Origin: Selaginella moellendorffii
Lineage: Eukaryota > Plantae > Lycopodiophyta
DNA: 64,000 bases
Assembly: GCF_000143415.4 (NCBI RefSeq)
Contig: NW_003314297.1
Coordinates: 1,279,430-1,343,429, forward strand
Reading direction: 5' to 3'
The notes beneath the pieces were generated by a model that had not been told where the DNA came from, did not search any database, and saw only the letters and a list, made by a program, of their open reading frames with translations. The translations under genes were made by a program, and so were the position numbers. This document shows positions 23,301 to 35,328 of the stretch, piece after piece. How positions within the stretch are numbered: the first letter of the stretch is position 1; each line of letters opens with the position of its first letter.

Positions 23301-23320
23301 TGAGTTTAGACTTCCTGGGA

Positions 23321-24790
23321 TGTCACCTAGCCCAGTACTATTCAAGCCCAAAGACGCTTAACCCCAACTATCCCAAAACCCTTAACCGATTGGAAAAGGG
23401 GGTGCACTCTTGTTCATGGGCCCTTTCCCTCTATATTTGAACCCCTATGGATCGTCTCTCGAATCGTTCCCTTTGGTTGCTTACAATCCATCACGCTTCC
23501 CTGCAAGTTCAAGCCCTCGTGAACGGAAGCTGAAAGCCGCAGCTCTCCCGAGAGCCCCGCTCTCTTGACACCCTACCCCTCGGGTCGAGCCCAGCGGGAG
23601 CAAACTGGACTAGCCAGATGTCAATCAACATATGGTGTGATTCCCTTAAGCCAACCAACAGATTTGGACCTGAGACCGCTCCAATACCAAGTGGTATCGG
23701 AGCCAGGGACCGAGACCGGGACCGAGACCGAGACCAAGGCCGAGGCCGAGACTGAGCCCAAGCCCGAGTCCAAGTCCTAGTCCGAGTCTGAGTCCGAGTC
23801 CGAGTCTGAGAGGGTGAAAGCCCAAAGCGTTTGTCTCCCAGACCCTAGGGGGTTTGGTGAGCTCCAAAAGTATAGTAGGGGGAGGACTGCAGTGGAGCTA
23901 GTTTAGCCAGGAAAGGCCAGTTTGGCCCAGGAAGGCTGTACCCAGTGTTGGGTGATGAGCTGCCCACTGGGAAGTCCAAGACTAGAGTGAACACGAACCG
24001 ACAAGCAGGGTAGCTTGGTGAACTATTCAAGAGCTAGCTCTAGTTCCCCCGGGAAATCGACTGGCCGATGCTCCCAGTCCAAGTGTGGGTGGCACTACCT
24101 ACTTGGATACCTAGCATGGCTCAATGAAACCTTGCTCTAAGCCCATGGCTAGAGCACCTAAAGGTAGAAGGTGGGGAGAGTACCCATGAGGCTCGCGTAA
24201 GGCCATGGTGTTTTGAAGTGTTGTCCCAAAGTCCCAGATGGTGAAAAGGAAGAAGAGCAATCGTCTAGTGTAGTGACCAAGGATATGGTCACAGGGTGAG
24301 GAAGTCCCGAAGGACAGTGGGACTTAGAGGTCGGGTCTGCGAGCCTTCATCCAGTGGCAGTGTTGGCGAACACGGCCATCGATAGAAAAGGGACTTGGTG
24401 GGGACCGGAAAAGAGATGCTGGGGAAGGCTATTCCCCATGTCTGTGAGCATCCTAAAGATGCTAAGGAGTGGATCTGGGTTGATCACTCATGGATGGATG
24501 GCCTAGTCTTTGAGAGACAGGACTGTGATGCAGGTGGTGTTAGACCACCAGTGCGACCAATGTAAATGGGCATGGCCTTAGCATAACGGGCTGAGAGGTC
24601 GGTGGTACCTTGGGGTGTCGATCATGGGATCGGACATGTGGAGCACTTGGAGCAAGTGCAAAGGTTGAGTGGCATGGATGCCATTCTCGGGGCTAGCAAG
24701 CCCCAAGTCTTGAATGGGACTTATGGAGGTTGTGAATGAGACTCCTCCAAGTGGTCGAAGATGCGGTTAAGTGACTAAAGTAGAATGGAA
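23321..24790 (+). mobile_element. LTR retrotransposon remnant: TG..CA LTR-like segment, tRNA-Met PBS, hexamer array, then sequence related to 49320-50370
   Basis: TGTCAC at 23321 to ACCA at 23689; PBS TGGTATCGGAGCC 23692-23704; blocks ccaaaagtatagtag and catggatggatggc shared with the 49.6-50.2 kb region. Confidence 0.7.
23705..23810 (+). repeat. Degenerate hexamer array (GAGACC/GAGTCC)n
   Basis: gaccgagaccgggaccgagaccgagacc...gagtccgagtccgagtc. Confidence 0.9.
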
Positions 24791-24809
24791 AAATTAATCG
24801 CTTACATTA

Positions 24810-27800
24810 TAGTTGCTACAAATATCTTGACTACAAATGATGGTCCCTTGGTGATAGAGCCATTTCTCCCGAGGCTAGCCATGCATGAGCTAAACCAAGA
24901 TGAGATTAATGAAGAAGAAGACTCTGTAGATGAAGAGGATATTCTTCCATTACCGGAAGAACTCTCCCCGCACAAGACAACATGAACATCACCAGAATCG
25001 AAGAACAAAGTGATGGTGGGGATGAACTGCACTAAGGATCTCCAGAGACATCGTTGTCACCAAAGATAGTGGCTCCAGACCATGCGGCTGGTAATAAGTA
25101 TTAACATAAATGAATATTTCCTTCATTTTCTAATTTCTGGGTGCAGATAGGCCAATGGTAGTGTATAACAGTGACGGTAGAGGCCTTGAAGACCATGGTG
25201 TGCCTCCACCCCCCTTTCTAGAGGGAAGTAGCTCCACTCCACTTACTCTTATGGAGTTGCTTGACAACTTTTCCACAGTAGAGTAAGATAATTGAAAATT
25301 GTGCTATTCGAAATTGAACTAATGTTTACATGTAAATTGTTGGAGTGTCAACAACGATGGATTGATGCCACCAATGCATTTAATAAAGTTATTCAGTTAA
25401 CCACTCATGATAGTGCCAACTTCATCATGCTACAACATGAGGAGGTTTCTGCCTTACAAGATGCCAGCACAACCCTTGAGGTGAGGGCACAAGAGGATGC
25501 TAAAGTTTTCTCACGGGTGCAATGGCTGAAACACAAGCTTTTTGGTTGCTTTAGCATAGAGAGCACAAGCGATGAGGAGATGTTAGACGCTGTTGCTAAA
25601 CACCCTAAGTTCCATTAAACTAGCAGTGAAATATTTTTTCGGTGCGTGCTTTCCAGCCAAGCCATACTTCATTGGCAGGATTGGAAGAGTGTTCTGTTTA
25701 AACTTGGCCTTTCAGAAGTATAGTACAAGGGTGTGTTTTGTGACAACACAATCTAACAGCTCCTTATTGAAAGAAGCATCAATGTGCCTCCTTCAATTGT
25801 TGAGTCTATAATAGCATGGTTCATTGAAAAGAGGTACGTATATCTAGTTTTTAGCACTTAGTACCATCTTATTGTTTTGTGTAGGGACCTACGTAGGAAT
25901 TGGGTGGATGCACAACAATTGAGAGAATTATTTGACACTGCTGAAACACTGTATTATAAATTCTCCCATTTTTGCATCGAGAAAGCCATGTTTCGGCCAT
26001 ACAAACTTGTTCGTACACGTTTGAGGCCATCTCACATTCTAGTAAGCAATGGATTGCCTATGAATTGGATTTCCCTCACTTATCCTTCCAGATTGCACCA
26101 AACAATGAATTCAGTTGTTTCCAATTCGCCTTCAATACTAATCTCCACACACTAAATTACAAAGTGGTCTATATGTCTTAGATTGAAGGAGCTTTGGTGT
26201 GGGAGGAAGCCACAATAAAAGCAGGTGGGCCACATGCAAAAACCATTAGGGAGGCTGTTCACCAGATTCCAGGATCGGTAAGTGTAATTTTCATTTGGCT
26301 CACTAAAGTAACTTTGTGTTACAGATGCGTGGACTGTTTGTGCTTAGGGAAGGAGCTATGTATTGGCATCCCAAGATGCCAGTGCATTCTAGGACATTGT
26401 GACAAAAAGAGTGGGATGTGGTAAGTTAATTTAAAGCACAAGTTTTATATGCTCCTCATTTCTATATGCACAGGTTGTCTTTGTGGGCTAGTTGTTATTC
26501 CAAGTGTTCAAATGTAATGTACAAGTATCTTGCGGGTGTACAATTGCAACTGGAGAGGTTCTAGACAAGAATGACCGACGACTTGCCCGAGGAGGACTAT
26601 ATGAGATGGACCTCAAGGCATGCACACCGCATATTTGGAATGCACTCAACCAATTGCGAGGTGCATCAAGCCTAAAGGAAGAGGGCGATCGGCACAAGCT
26701 TGTGGATTCCATCCTAGAGAAATCTGCAATTACCAACTACAATGCAGTGCTTGAGTCTAGATTCACTAAACTTGGTGAAGGTTATGAGTAGGTTGTGGAG
26801 GCATGCGTGGCTATAATGGTCTGGCATTACCTATTCATCGAGCCAAATGTAGTGGGAGATTTACTCTAAGATGGCTTCCAACACTCAATGTGCATGGAAG
26901 CTTGTTAAAGGCCTTACAAGAGTCCAGCATTGCTAAATGGGCTTTCACTCATTGGAACAGATGTTTTGTTACAAATGTTTTGGGTGAGGACGATCATTTG
27001 TCCTGTAGAGTTCATCAACTACTTGATCTTTGATAAGGACTTTGGAGAGAACTTTCGCAGTTGGATTGTGGACATCATAGTGAGGTAACTATTTACTTTC
27101 ACAAACAACTAAAACTCTTGTATGTTTGAACATTTTATAGATATAAGCCCAAAAGAGTTATCCAAGTTCCATCACTTTGTGGTTGATTCTCTACAGTTCT
27201 GATAGGGAGAGCCTATTTGGATCCAAGTTAAGAGACAGGGTACATCATCTGCTTGATTTCCTAGATTCTCCATATGCACACAAGAAGTTTCTTCCCTTTA
27301 ACATACCTATTAATAGAGTGGACCAAACACAAGATCCACTAGGCACTCCAAAATCTAGAGAGCTTGTATGGATTGGGCTGATGTTGTGGAAGTACTATAA
27401 TCGAGACACTTTCACAATAAAAATAGATAATTGTCTTGAAGTATGTTTCACACTTTGAAAGAGACTCTTTCTAGTTCATTGGTGAAATTAAAGGTAAGAA
27501 TATTCAAAATATTCTACAAATACCCATTATAGGCACTTGTGGCCCTTGGTACCCTTTTGGCTTATGCTTGTCTCACCAAAGGTAGCTTCCAAAGCAACTC
27601 CCAATTTAAGATCTGGGTCAAAATTATCAAGCTTGGGTGCTATATGATGCCCATCCTCACTTGAGGAACTCTCAGCCTATTTCATGGTAGAACCAAAATC
27701 ATCCTCTGGGTCTATGAACTCATCTTCACTTGCATCTTGAGCAGTGATATATCCCTCACTGTCGCTTTCTTCAACAAGACCTTTCCTTTCAGTGATTGGC

Positions 27801-28090
27801 ACAACATTAGATGCAATCTTAGGCTGCCTTGTTGGAGGGATTGTCAAGCCTTGAGAGGAGTAGGCATCATATAAAATCCTCGATCCTGTCCCCTGTTGGA
27901 TCCATTGTTGTGCCTCAAAGAAGTCATAGAATCCTCTCTAGTTTGCCATACCAAGAGGAAACCTAGAAACCTCAAACATTGCAAAAGGGTTAAAGCATAT
28001 AGGAAACTATCACAAATTTACTTTTACTAAAGTGATCACAAGCTTCTAATCCCTGAAAACTCCAATTCTTTAGCTGCAGCACACAACATA
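24810..28090 (+). repeat. Internal duplication in island 1, copy 2 (3' part of the unknown ORF plus second Cauli_VI-like relic at ~27676-28093 on the minus strand)
   Basis: Colinear with 20060-23290; different stop codons in each copy. Confidence 0.92.
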
Positions 28091-29092
28091 CATTGGATAG
28101 TTTTGCCCCATGCTTGGAAACCCTTTTTACAAATTTCAAAATTTGAAATGGTTATGATTGGAAAATGTTAAAAGTGTCCATTGTTATCGCTTTTCATGTT
28201 ACTGCATGCAATTGCAACTTCCATATTTTCAAATCTCCTTTAACATGCTCCTTTTGAGAGAACTCTAGGTCCAAACATTAACACTATACACCTTTGTGTA
28301 GTACATAATTGAAATATAAGCCCCACCAATTCATGGAATTGGTTAGACTTCAACTTAATTTTGAGTCATATGCAAATCTTCTAAGCATCATGGTACAAAA
28401 CTAAAGCATTGAGAGAGCTACACTAGAAATTAATGGCAACGAAGGATAAACTCAATGGGATGCATTAGAGATATGATTCCAAACAGTATATATCCATGGC
28501 TTTGCAATGGGGCTAGATGGAGTTCACTTATGCTTGCTATGAACACTATGTTAAAAGAGGTGTGCTAAAAAAGGATAATTCAATTTTTTTGCCAAGAGCA
28601 AAAAGCTCTAGATAAGGTAGTATAATATGCAATTTGGCCGATTGTCCATTTGGTTTGCAACATTAACAACTTGCTAGAATGCATGGGATGAATGGGTCTA
28701 TTGAATGGGTCTATTGAATGGCTCCATTCTATACATAGCATGGGTCATTGCTATGGGCATGATGCCCCATCTGGGGCATAAGGATTGGATATTTGTAAAA
28801 TATTTTATGCTTGTGTTTTTTTCACACTCATAATACACATGGACCAATAGCAGGCATACACATGGTGTGAGTGAAATCTGCCACAGTAACCCTTTTACGA
28901 ATTGCACGCCATACATTTCTCTAGTGGAATGGAATCGCGAAATTTCTCACGGCTACTCGGACTCCACGTCACTGTCCAGATCACCGCAATGTCCTGCAAT
29001 GGCACTGCCACGCGGCATCATGTGAGTGACGTGTTTGGAACACGTGTCAATCATGTATCCTCCTCGCGCCGCGGGGGGCTTATGAATGCCAG

Positions 29093-29305
29093 GGCAGGCC
29101 GTGTCTTCCCTAGAGACTCGCTCAAGAGAGAGCGGCAGGCCGTATCTTCCCTAGAGACGCGCGAGAGACGTGCCTTCCCTAGAGACGCGCTCAAGAGAGA
29201 GCGGCAGGCCGTGTCTTCCCTAGAGACGCGCTCAAGAGAGAGTGGCGGGCATCTTATCCTCCCTAGAGACGCGCTCAAGAGAGAGTGGCGGGCATCTTAT
29301 CCTCT
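29093..29305 (+). repeat. GC-rich minisatellite, about 5 units of 28-43 bp with core CCCTAGAGAC(G/T)CGC
   Basis: Core at ~29109, 29149, 29177, 29218 and 29261; lies just upstream of CCR4 copy B. Confidence 0.9.
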
Positions 29306-29360
29306 CTCCCGCCCTCGTTGAGCGGGCATCGGCCAGGCGCGGCGGGCGAGCAGGAGAGAC

Positions 29361-32300
29361 ACAAATGTTTTAGTTCTTCATGCTCGTCCTGGGCAGCCGA
29401 TTTCTTCGTCCCGGTCTTCGTTTACAGTGCGGATCTGGTCCTCAGCATCGGCATTGCATTGCGACTGCGGTGAGTTTGAGATACGGCTCGCCCGCTTTCG
29501 ATTGATCTCGTCTCTCTGATCGGCGAGCATGGTTTCCAATCCATTTGTGTGGACTCCAAATTTTATTCCAGTGGAACACGACGACAATTCAGAGTTTCCA
29601 GAGAGTAAGAAGAGAGAACGAAGAAAACGATCGCATTGTCACGAAATTTGATTTTGCAGCTGGAAGCTTTCGAGTGGTTTCATACAACATTCTTGCACAA
29701 GTAGTGATTTAAATCTTTTTTCTTAGCTTTGATCGATCGAAACGTTTTGTGTTCTTGTTCTTTTGCAGGTCTATGTGAAGAGTTCGCTGTTCCCTCATTC
29801 GCCATCCTTGTGTTTGAAGTAAGTTTCTCATCATTTTCTTGTCAAGTTTTTGCATCGCCGAGCATTTCTTTCGAAGGTGGGAGACGCGCTCGGAGCAAGT
29901 TCTATCGCGTCTTTTGTCTCTAGACGCTGATCTCCTTTGTCTCCAGGTTTGCGTTCGTTTATTCTATAGGCTCAAAGCCTCCCTCTTCGTTTTCTTTGCA
30001 GGAGCTAGACGAATTTGAGAGCTTCTACAAGCCTCTCCTTGAAAGCAAAGGCTACTCTAGCATCTACATACAGAGAAGTGGCAACAGACGCGATGGCTGC
30101 GGCATCATCTACAAGCCCGAACGGTTAGCCTCGGATTGATTTTGCGAGCTTTGTTTGATATTTCATTCTACTCAGGTGCCAGCTGCTAAAACAACAGTTT
30201 CTCGACTATAACGACATCGCGCCTGATGAAACCACAGCCGGAAGAGCGTCGGAATCCGTCGGTATAAATCCACACACGCCAATGTATTGTTTCTGATTTT
30301 CTCACTTCCAGAGGAAGAGAACGACAGAGATGTGAGCGATCCACGCGTGCGCTTTCGAAGGAACTGTGTTGGAATTCTTTCGGCCTTTCGCTTCAATCAC
30401 GCGCCTAGCAACATCGTTGTGATTGCAAACACGCACCTATACTGGTAAGATAGTTCTGCCGAGTTCTTCTTTATATCCTTTTTCTTTCCCAGGGATCCAG
30501 CGCTGCAAGACGTGAAGCTCGCACAAGCCAAGTACCTGCTTGCAAAGCTCTCGCAGTTCGAGAAGGAGATATCTCAAGAATTCAACTCCAATCCTGTCGT
30601 TCTAGTCGCAGGGGATTTCAACTCCACTCCAGGTGATCGGGTAAAGTGTTTCATTCAAAGCTTGGAAAATGGAACAAACTTTTATGCCGTCTTCTCTCTT
30701 CTCAGGTGTACAACTATATCACCTCCGGGCGTCGCAACTCCGGCCCCGACGTCGAGCTCTCGAGTTTCAAGGTGCCCGACTTGGAGAGCTTGAAAGTCCC
30801 AGCGATCCCACTCGACAGCCTGTACGCTGCTGTACAAGGCGAGCCAGCGTTGACGAACTGGAGCCCGAATTTCAAAGGAACACTGGACTACATCTTCTTC
30901 AGTCCCTCGGCGTCCATGAGACCAAAAACGATCTTAGAGGTGCCTCCAGACGTCGAGGAAGGCCTCCCAAACCATTTCCACCCCAGCGATCATCTTCCCA
31001 TAGGAGCGGACTTCAGCCTCTCGTGAAGCAGCAGCTCGTCCAGCGAACCAAAGCTTATCTTCGCTCCTTGAAGAACGGGTGTCTTAGAGCTTCTTTCGCT
31101 GTCAGCCGATCGGAGGCTCCATATCTAAGGAGACCCTCGAGCAAGTCTGTCAAGGAACTGGCAGAGTGCTCGACATGCAGTTGTACAAGCTCCTATTGAG
31201 GGAAAAACACAGACATGAACGGGAAGGAGTTTTTATTTTTCAATGTGTACACTACCTTGAGCCGTGGTAACCTTTTCACTGTCCGGATACTCTCGAGAGA
31301 AGAGGCTGCATCGGGCCAGTTTAGTTCCCTCCCGTTTTTGAAGTACTTCTGAGCTTTTCTACTGCACAAAGCACCGTGGAAGGTTTACAGATCCAGTAGA
31401 AATCCGACTTACTCTACGTTATCGATTATGCGTCTGGGAATGGGACCGAGAATTCTTTCCATCATTGCAAGGTGCTCGAGATTTTCGTGAGTCTGAAACA
31501 GTGGATCTCCCTGGAAGCAGCCAAGAAATATAAGATTGGAATCAATGGACTTTGCAGTTTTCTTACCGAGAAAAGCTCCACTAAGATGCAACCAACGCTC
31601 CACAAATCACACGCGTACGACCATCCAAGGCCTAGAAAATATGTTTTGTCAAGATAACACTTAAGCAAAGGAAACAGCCAACGTACCCAGGATGATCTCG
31701 GGTGCTCTATATTGCCTTGTCGACACTATGGACGAGTGGTGCTGGTTTTCAAACGTCGCACTCCCAAAATCTATCAGCCTTATTTCAGCTGATGTCGGTG
31801 TCCTGGTTAAATGTTTATCCGGTCGAGCAGACTGTAACGGAAAAAGTGTTAATATTACTAGAAACGATCTAACAAAATGCACTACCTTGTAGTCGAGTGT
31901 CTTCACGTATGCCGAAGAGACCAGCAGTATGTTCTCCGGTTTTAAATCAGTATGAATCAAAGATAGCTCATGTAAGTCTATTAAAACAGGAAGCAAACAA
32001 CAGTGCATCAATAACACGGGAGCTATAAACGAAAACATCAAACGCGGCATACATGCTACAGAATTCAAAAGCTGCCAGCCAATATCACGGACATGTTCTA
32101 TCGAGAATGGCCGGTAGCTATTCTTTTTCAGGAAATCGTACAGGCTCGGCCCAAGCTTTTCCGACACCTAAGTTCGCCAGTAAGTTTAGATGATGGTAGG
32201 AAAACAAAAAAAAATCGAGAAACTTACGATGCAGACGTGATTCCGGTAATCGAACCACTCTTTCATCTGAAGACAGCCACTGCAAACGAAGGCTTTAAGA

Positions 32301-32451
32301 ACTTTATGATGCTTAGTTGCGAGCTTACCGTTTGCCATTCTTGTCATGCTTTCGAAGTGCTCTTAGAACGTCGATTTCAATCAGAGCGGCTTCTCTGTAT
32401 TTTGGGACGTTTCTTATAACTTTAACGGCCACAAACTCCTGATACTTCCGG
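29361..32451 (+). repeat. Segmental duplication 1, right copy (matches 13378-16465)
   Basis: Direct sequence identity. Confidence 0.95.
29380..31026 (+). CDS. CCR4-like EEP phosphoesterase, copy B (diverged; intron-1 acceptor mutated, may start at ATG 29529)
   Basis: Catalytic motifs retained; 12-bp in-frame deletion near the C-terminus; intron-1 acceptor gacag changed to gatcg. Confidence 0.7.
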
Positions 32452-33053
32452 TCCCAGCATTCCAAAACGCGACCAAAAGTACCTGCATTTACTCTGGTAA
32501 ACAACGAGAAAGGAAACTAAACTATAAGCACCTTCACCCATCTTGCTGATGACTTTGTCTGCAACACACAAAAGAAAAAAGCTCGCATTAGAATGCGGGG
32601 AAACAAACAAGACAAGCAAAAGGATCACGCAGCTAAAGGCTCGACCCAAGGAAAAAAAAAGCGTAAAAGAAACGTAAAAAACGCAAGAAAAAAAAATTAC
32701 AGCGAGGTGTAATGTTCTCTCCCAGCTCAAAAACGTAGTGACCATCCTTGTCATCTTCACGCCAGGGAGGCGAAGCAGCAAGAGTATCGCTATGGAACCC
32801 GTTATAGTTAGCTCTCTGCTCCTTGTGGTGCCGACTAACATATGATGAGGGCTGGGCCTCCTACACACACAAAAAGAAAAAAAATTGCCAAATTCCCCCA
32901 AGTGTCATGTCTGGACGTTTTAGAATGCTAGATGCACTAATTCCCGCGGCGGACTCTAGAAATCTCACTATCCCTTTGCAGATCTTTGGCCAGCGAAGAA
33001 TCACTAACCTCATCGCGGTAGGCGGAGCGCGGCCGCTTCCCTCGCCGCTCCAT
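31055..33053 (-). CDS. AFC: AFC/LAMMER (CLK-family) protein kinase, intact copy
   Basis: [27 protein letters not shown]|[38 protein letters not shown]. Confidence 0.93.
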
Positions 33054-33141
33054 TCACAGGCTCTTTAGGGTTCTTCGGTGTTTTAGACCTAAATAGTCGC
33101 CGCATCTTTTTTTCTTTTTTTTTTAAAAGCACCATTTGGGC

Positions 33142-35098
33142 TTAATAAAGTGGGGATGAGCCCAGGTTGGAGACTGGCCCTTGGAACCAGTATCGGGCGC
33201 TGAGGAGCCAGTAAGTCATGGTAAATGTGAAAACTCCCCCCACAGCGACGGGCGTGTAATTGAAGGATTTACTGGTGACGGGGTAGACGATAGGGAGGCA
33301 GAAGAGCACGGTGATGAGGGCCACCCACACCACGGAGATCCAGCCCGTCACCAGGCCAAGGAATTTACCCAGGTGAAAGGGGCCCGGTACAAAAGAATTA
33401 CGGGCAATAGTTACCCGGAAGAGGATGGGCAGTGCATAAGAGATGCACGATCCAATGGTGGCGATTGAGACCATCGCTTGGAATGCCACGGAGCTTCCCA
33501 AGTACTGCGTGTGTAGATGTGTAGAAAACTTGTAAGTTAAAAAGAGAAGTTTTACTTACTGGAAGAGCCATGCAAAACGACACCACGACCGCCAGCCAGA
33601 CGGCGTTGGATGGAATATCCCGCTTGTTGACTTTGTGCCACAGGCGCGACAGCGGTACGGCTCCATCCCGGGAGAAAGCGTATGCCATCCTGAGATTATT
33701 CGGTTAGAATAATCACGGAATAATCATTCCATACATACGTTACCTGGAGTTGCTTGTCACACAGCTCATGCAGCAGAGGAAGACGGCGACGGCCACGATT
33801 GCGAGGCACACGATGCCGCCGCCGCCGCTTCCGTACCGCATCTTAAAGGCATCATAGAACGCCTGGGCCACGGCATATCCCCTTGCATCGTTGTCTAGGC
33901 TCAAGACATGATCCACGTCTGTGATGATAAATGTGATGCCGAGAAGGTAGATGGCGCCGATCACGACCGAAATTCCCACCGCACTGACGATTCCGTACGC
34001 GCCGTTCTTGTCCGCGGACTTGGTCTCCTCAGACTGATAGAAAGCGAGATTATTCCAGAGAGATTCGTGGAATCCCTTTACCATGTGAGCTGATGCGTCG
34101 TATCCGATCAGCGAGTACTGGCTCATCAATAAGCCCACGACGAAGACGTAGAGGCTACTCCCGATGCCGCTTCCATTGTCTTTGTAGAAGTACGAAAATA
34201 CGAACTTGGCACTTCGTCTCTCCGGAGCAACAGCGAGGACCAAAATGGTGATGAGGAAAACTCCTGTGATATCGCAAAGCAATTCACCAGTGATGTGAAA
34301 CTATCTCCACTTACCAATGCAATTCCATATCACCGCCAGCGTTCCCAAGCGAGAAACCCACTTGATCTCCAAGTTATTAATCAGGCCATGCATAAGCAAG
34401 AAAATTCCATGGAATCCAATGACCACGTACTTGGAAGCGTAGTATCCTCCATCTCGCCCTCCGGTGGCGAGCAGAATAATCACTTGGACAAGTATCGCCA
34501 TTGAGAAATTGGCACTGGTGGTCGTCGCCCACTACTCCAAATTCCACATCCATAAAGAACAAACAAGAAAAACAATGGTGACGACCTTAAGAAATTGATT
34601 AAAAATTTCTCATCAGACCTGTCCAAATATGTTGAACCTGGAAAAGTTTTACTCCATTTTTTCAGGAAGAAGGGAGAAATTAAAAAATCAACTATACCAT
34701 CCAGTGATCCATGAAGCAAATGGCCCCCATTTGGGGCCGGCAAGGCTATAGCTCCAAAAGTAGAGACCTCCAGAGGTGGGATACGCTGAGCAAATCTCCG
34801 CCATGGAGAGGGCAATGCACATAGTGAAGAAGCTGACGATAATCCAGCCATAGACGATCGAAACAGGGCCTCCGTACGTAAGACCCGTGTTGTACGTAGT
34901 CGTGACGCCTGTGAGAATTGAGATGATGGCGAAGGACAATGCGAAGTTTGAGACAACCCTGGTTGCAAGAACACAGATTGGATTGAATCACAATCGTGTC
35001 TCCCTGTGAATTTCGGGAATGAAGTATACTTACGAGAGAGATCGCTTGAGCTCCTGTTTGTAGCCCAGCTCCTGGAGCCTCTTTTGCCCGGAGTCCAT
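33142..35098 (-). CDS. BAT1: Amino acid/GABA permease (BAT1-like, APC family)
   Basis: MDSGQKRLQELGYKQELKR, SMAEICSAYPTSGGLY, GYDASAHM, MAYAFSRDGAVP, FNYTPVAVGG. Confidence 0.92.
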
Positions 35099-35328
35099 TG
35101 ATCTCCTCTAGAGATCAATCACGAATCAAGAAATATTTGCGCGCGGCGCGCGTTGCGATAGCTCTTCCACGATTCAACGCGAAAAACATTGAAAATTGAG
35201 ACACACAGCAAACACGCTTTCTTTCCAGCCATGTATTCTTTTCTCAAAGGCCACCCACGGTCAAGATCGATCGGACCGCTCGAGCACAACGGATCGGACG
35301 GTGATCCCACGTTTTGGGAAGCTCCAAA

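Larger units (their letters stand above)
16720..28913 (+). mobile_element. Large decayed IS3EU-like DNA transposon; left end truncated or not located, right terminus ...CGCCATA at 28913
   Basis: Integrase-core transposase relic at 16950-17750; CpG-poor interior that gives way to CpG-rich DNA near 28913; reverse complement of the end reads TATGGCGTGCAATTCGTAAAAGGG, similar to the TIR at 54532. Confidence 0.62.

Noticed and set aside
29093-29305. CRISPR-like repeat array
   Set aside because: Units are contiguous with no unique spacers, in a eukaryotic context with no cas genes; it is a minisatellite
29300-29362. Helitron 3' end (GC-rich hairpin)
   Set aside because: No CTRR terminus after the stem and no Rep/helicase remnants seen
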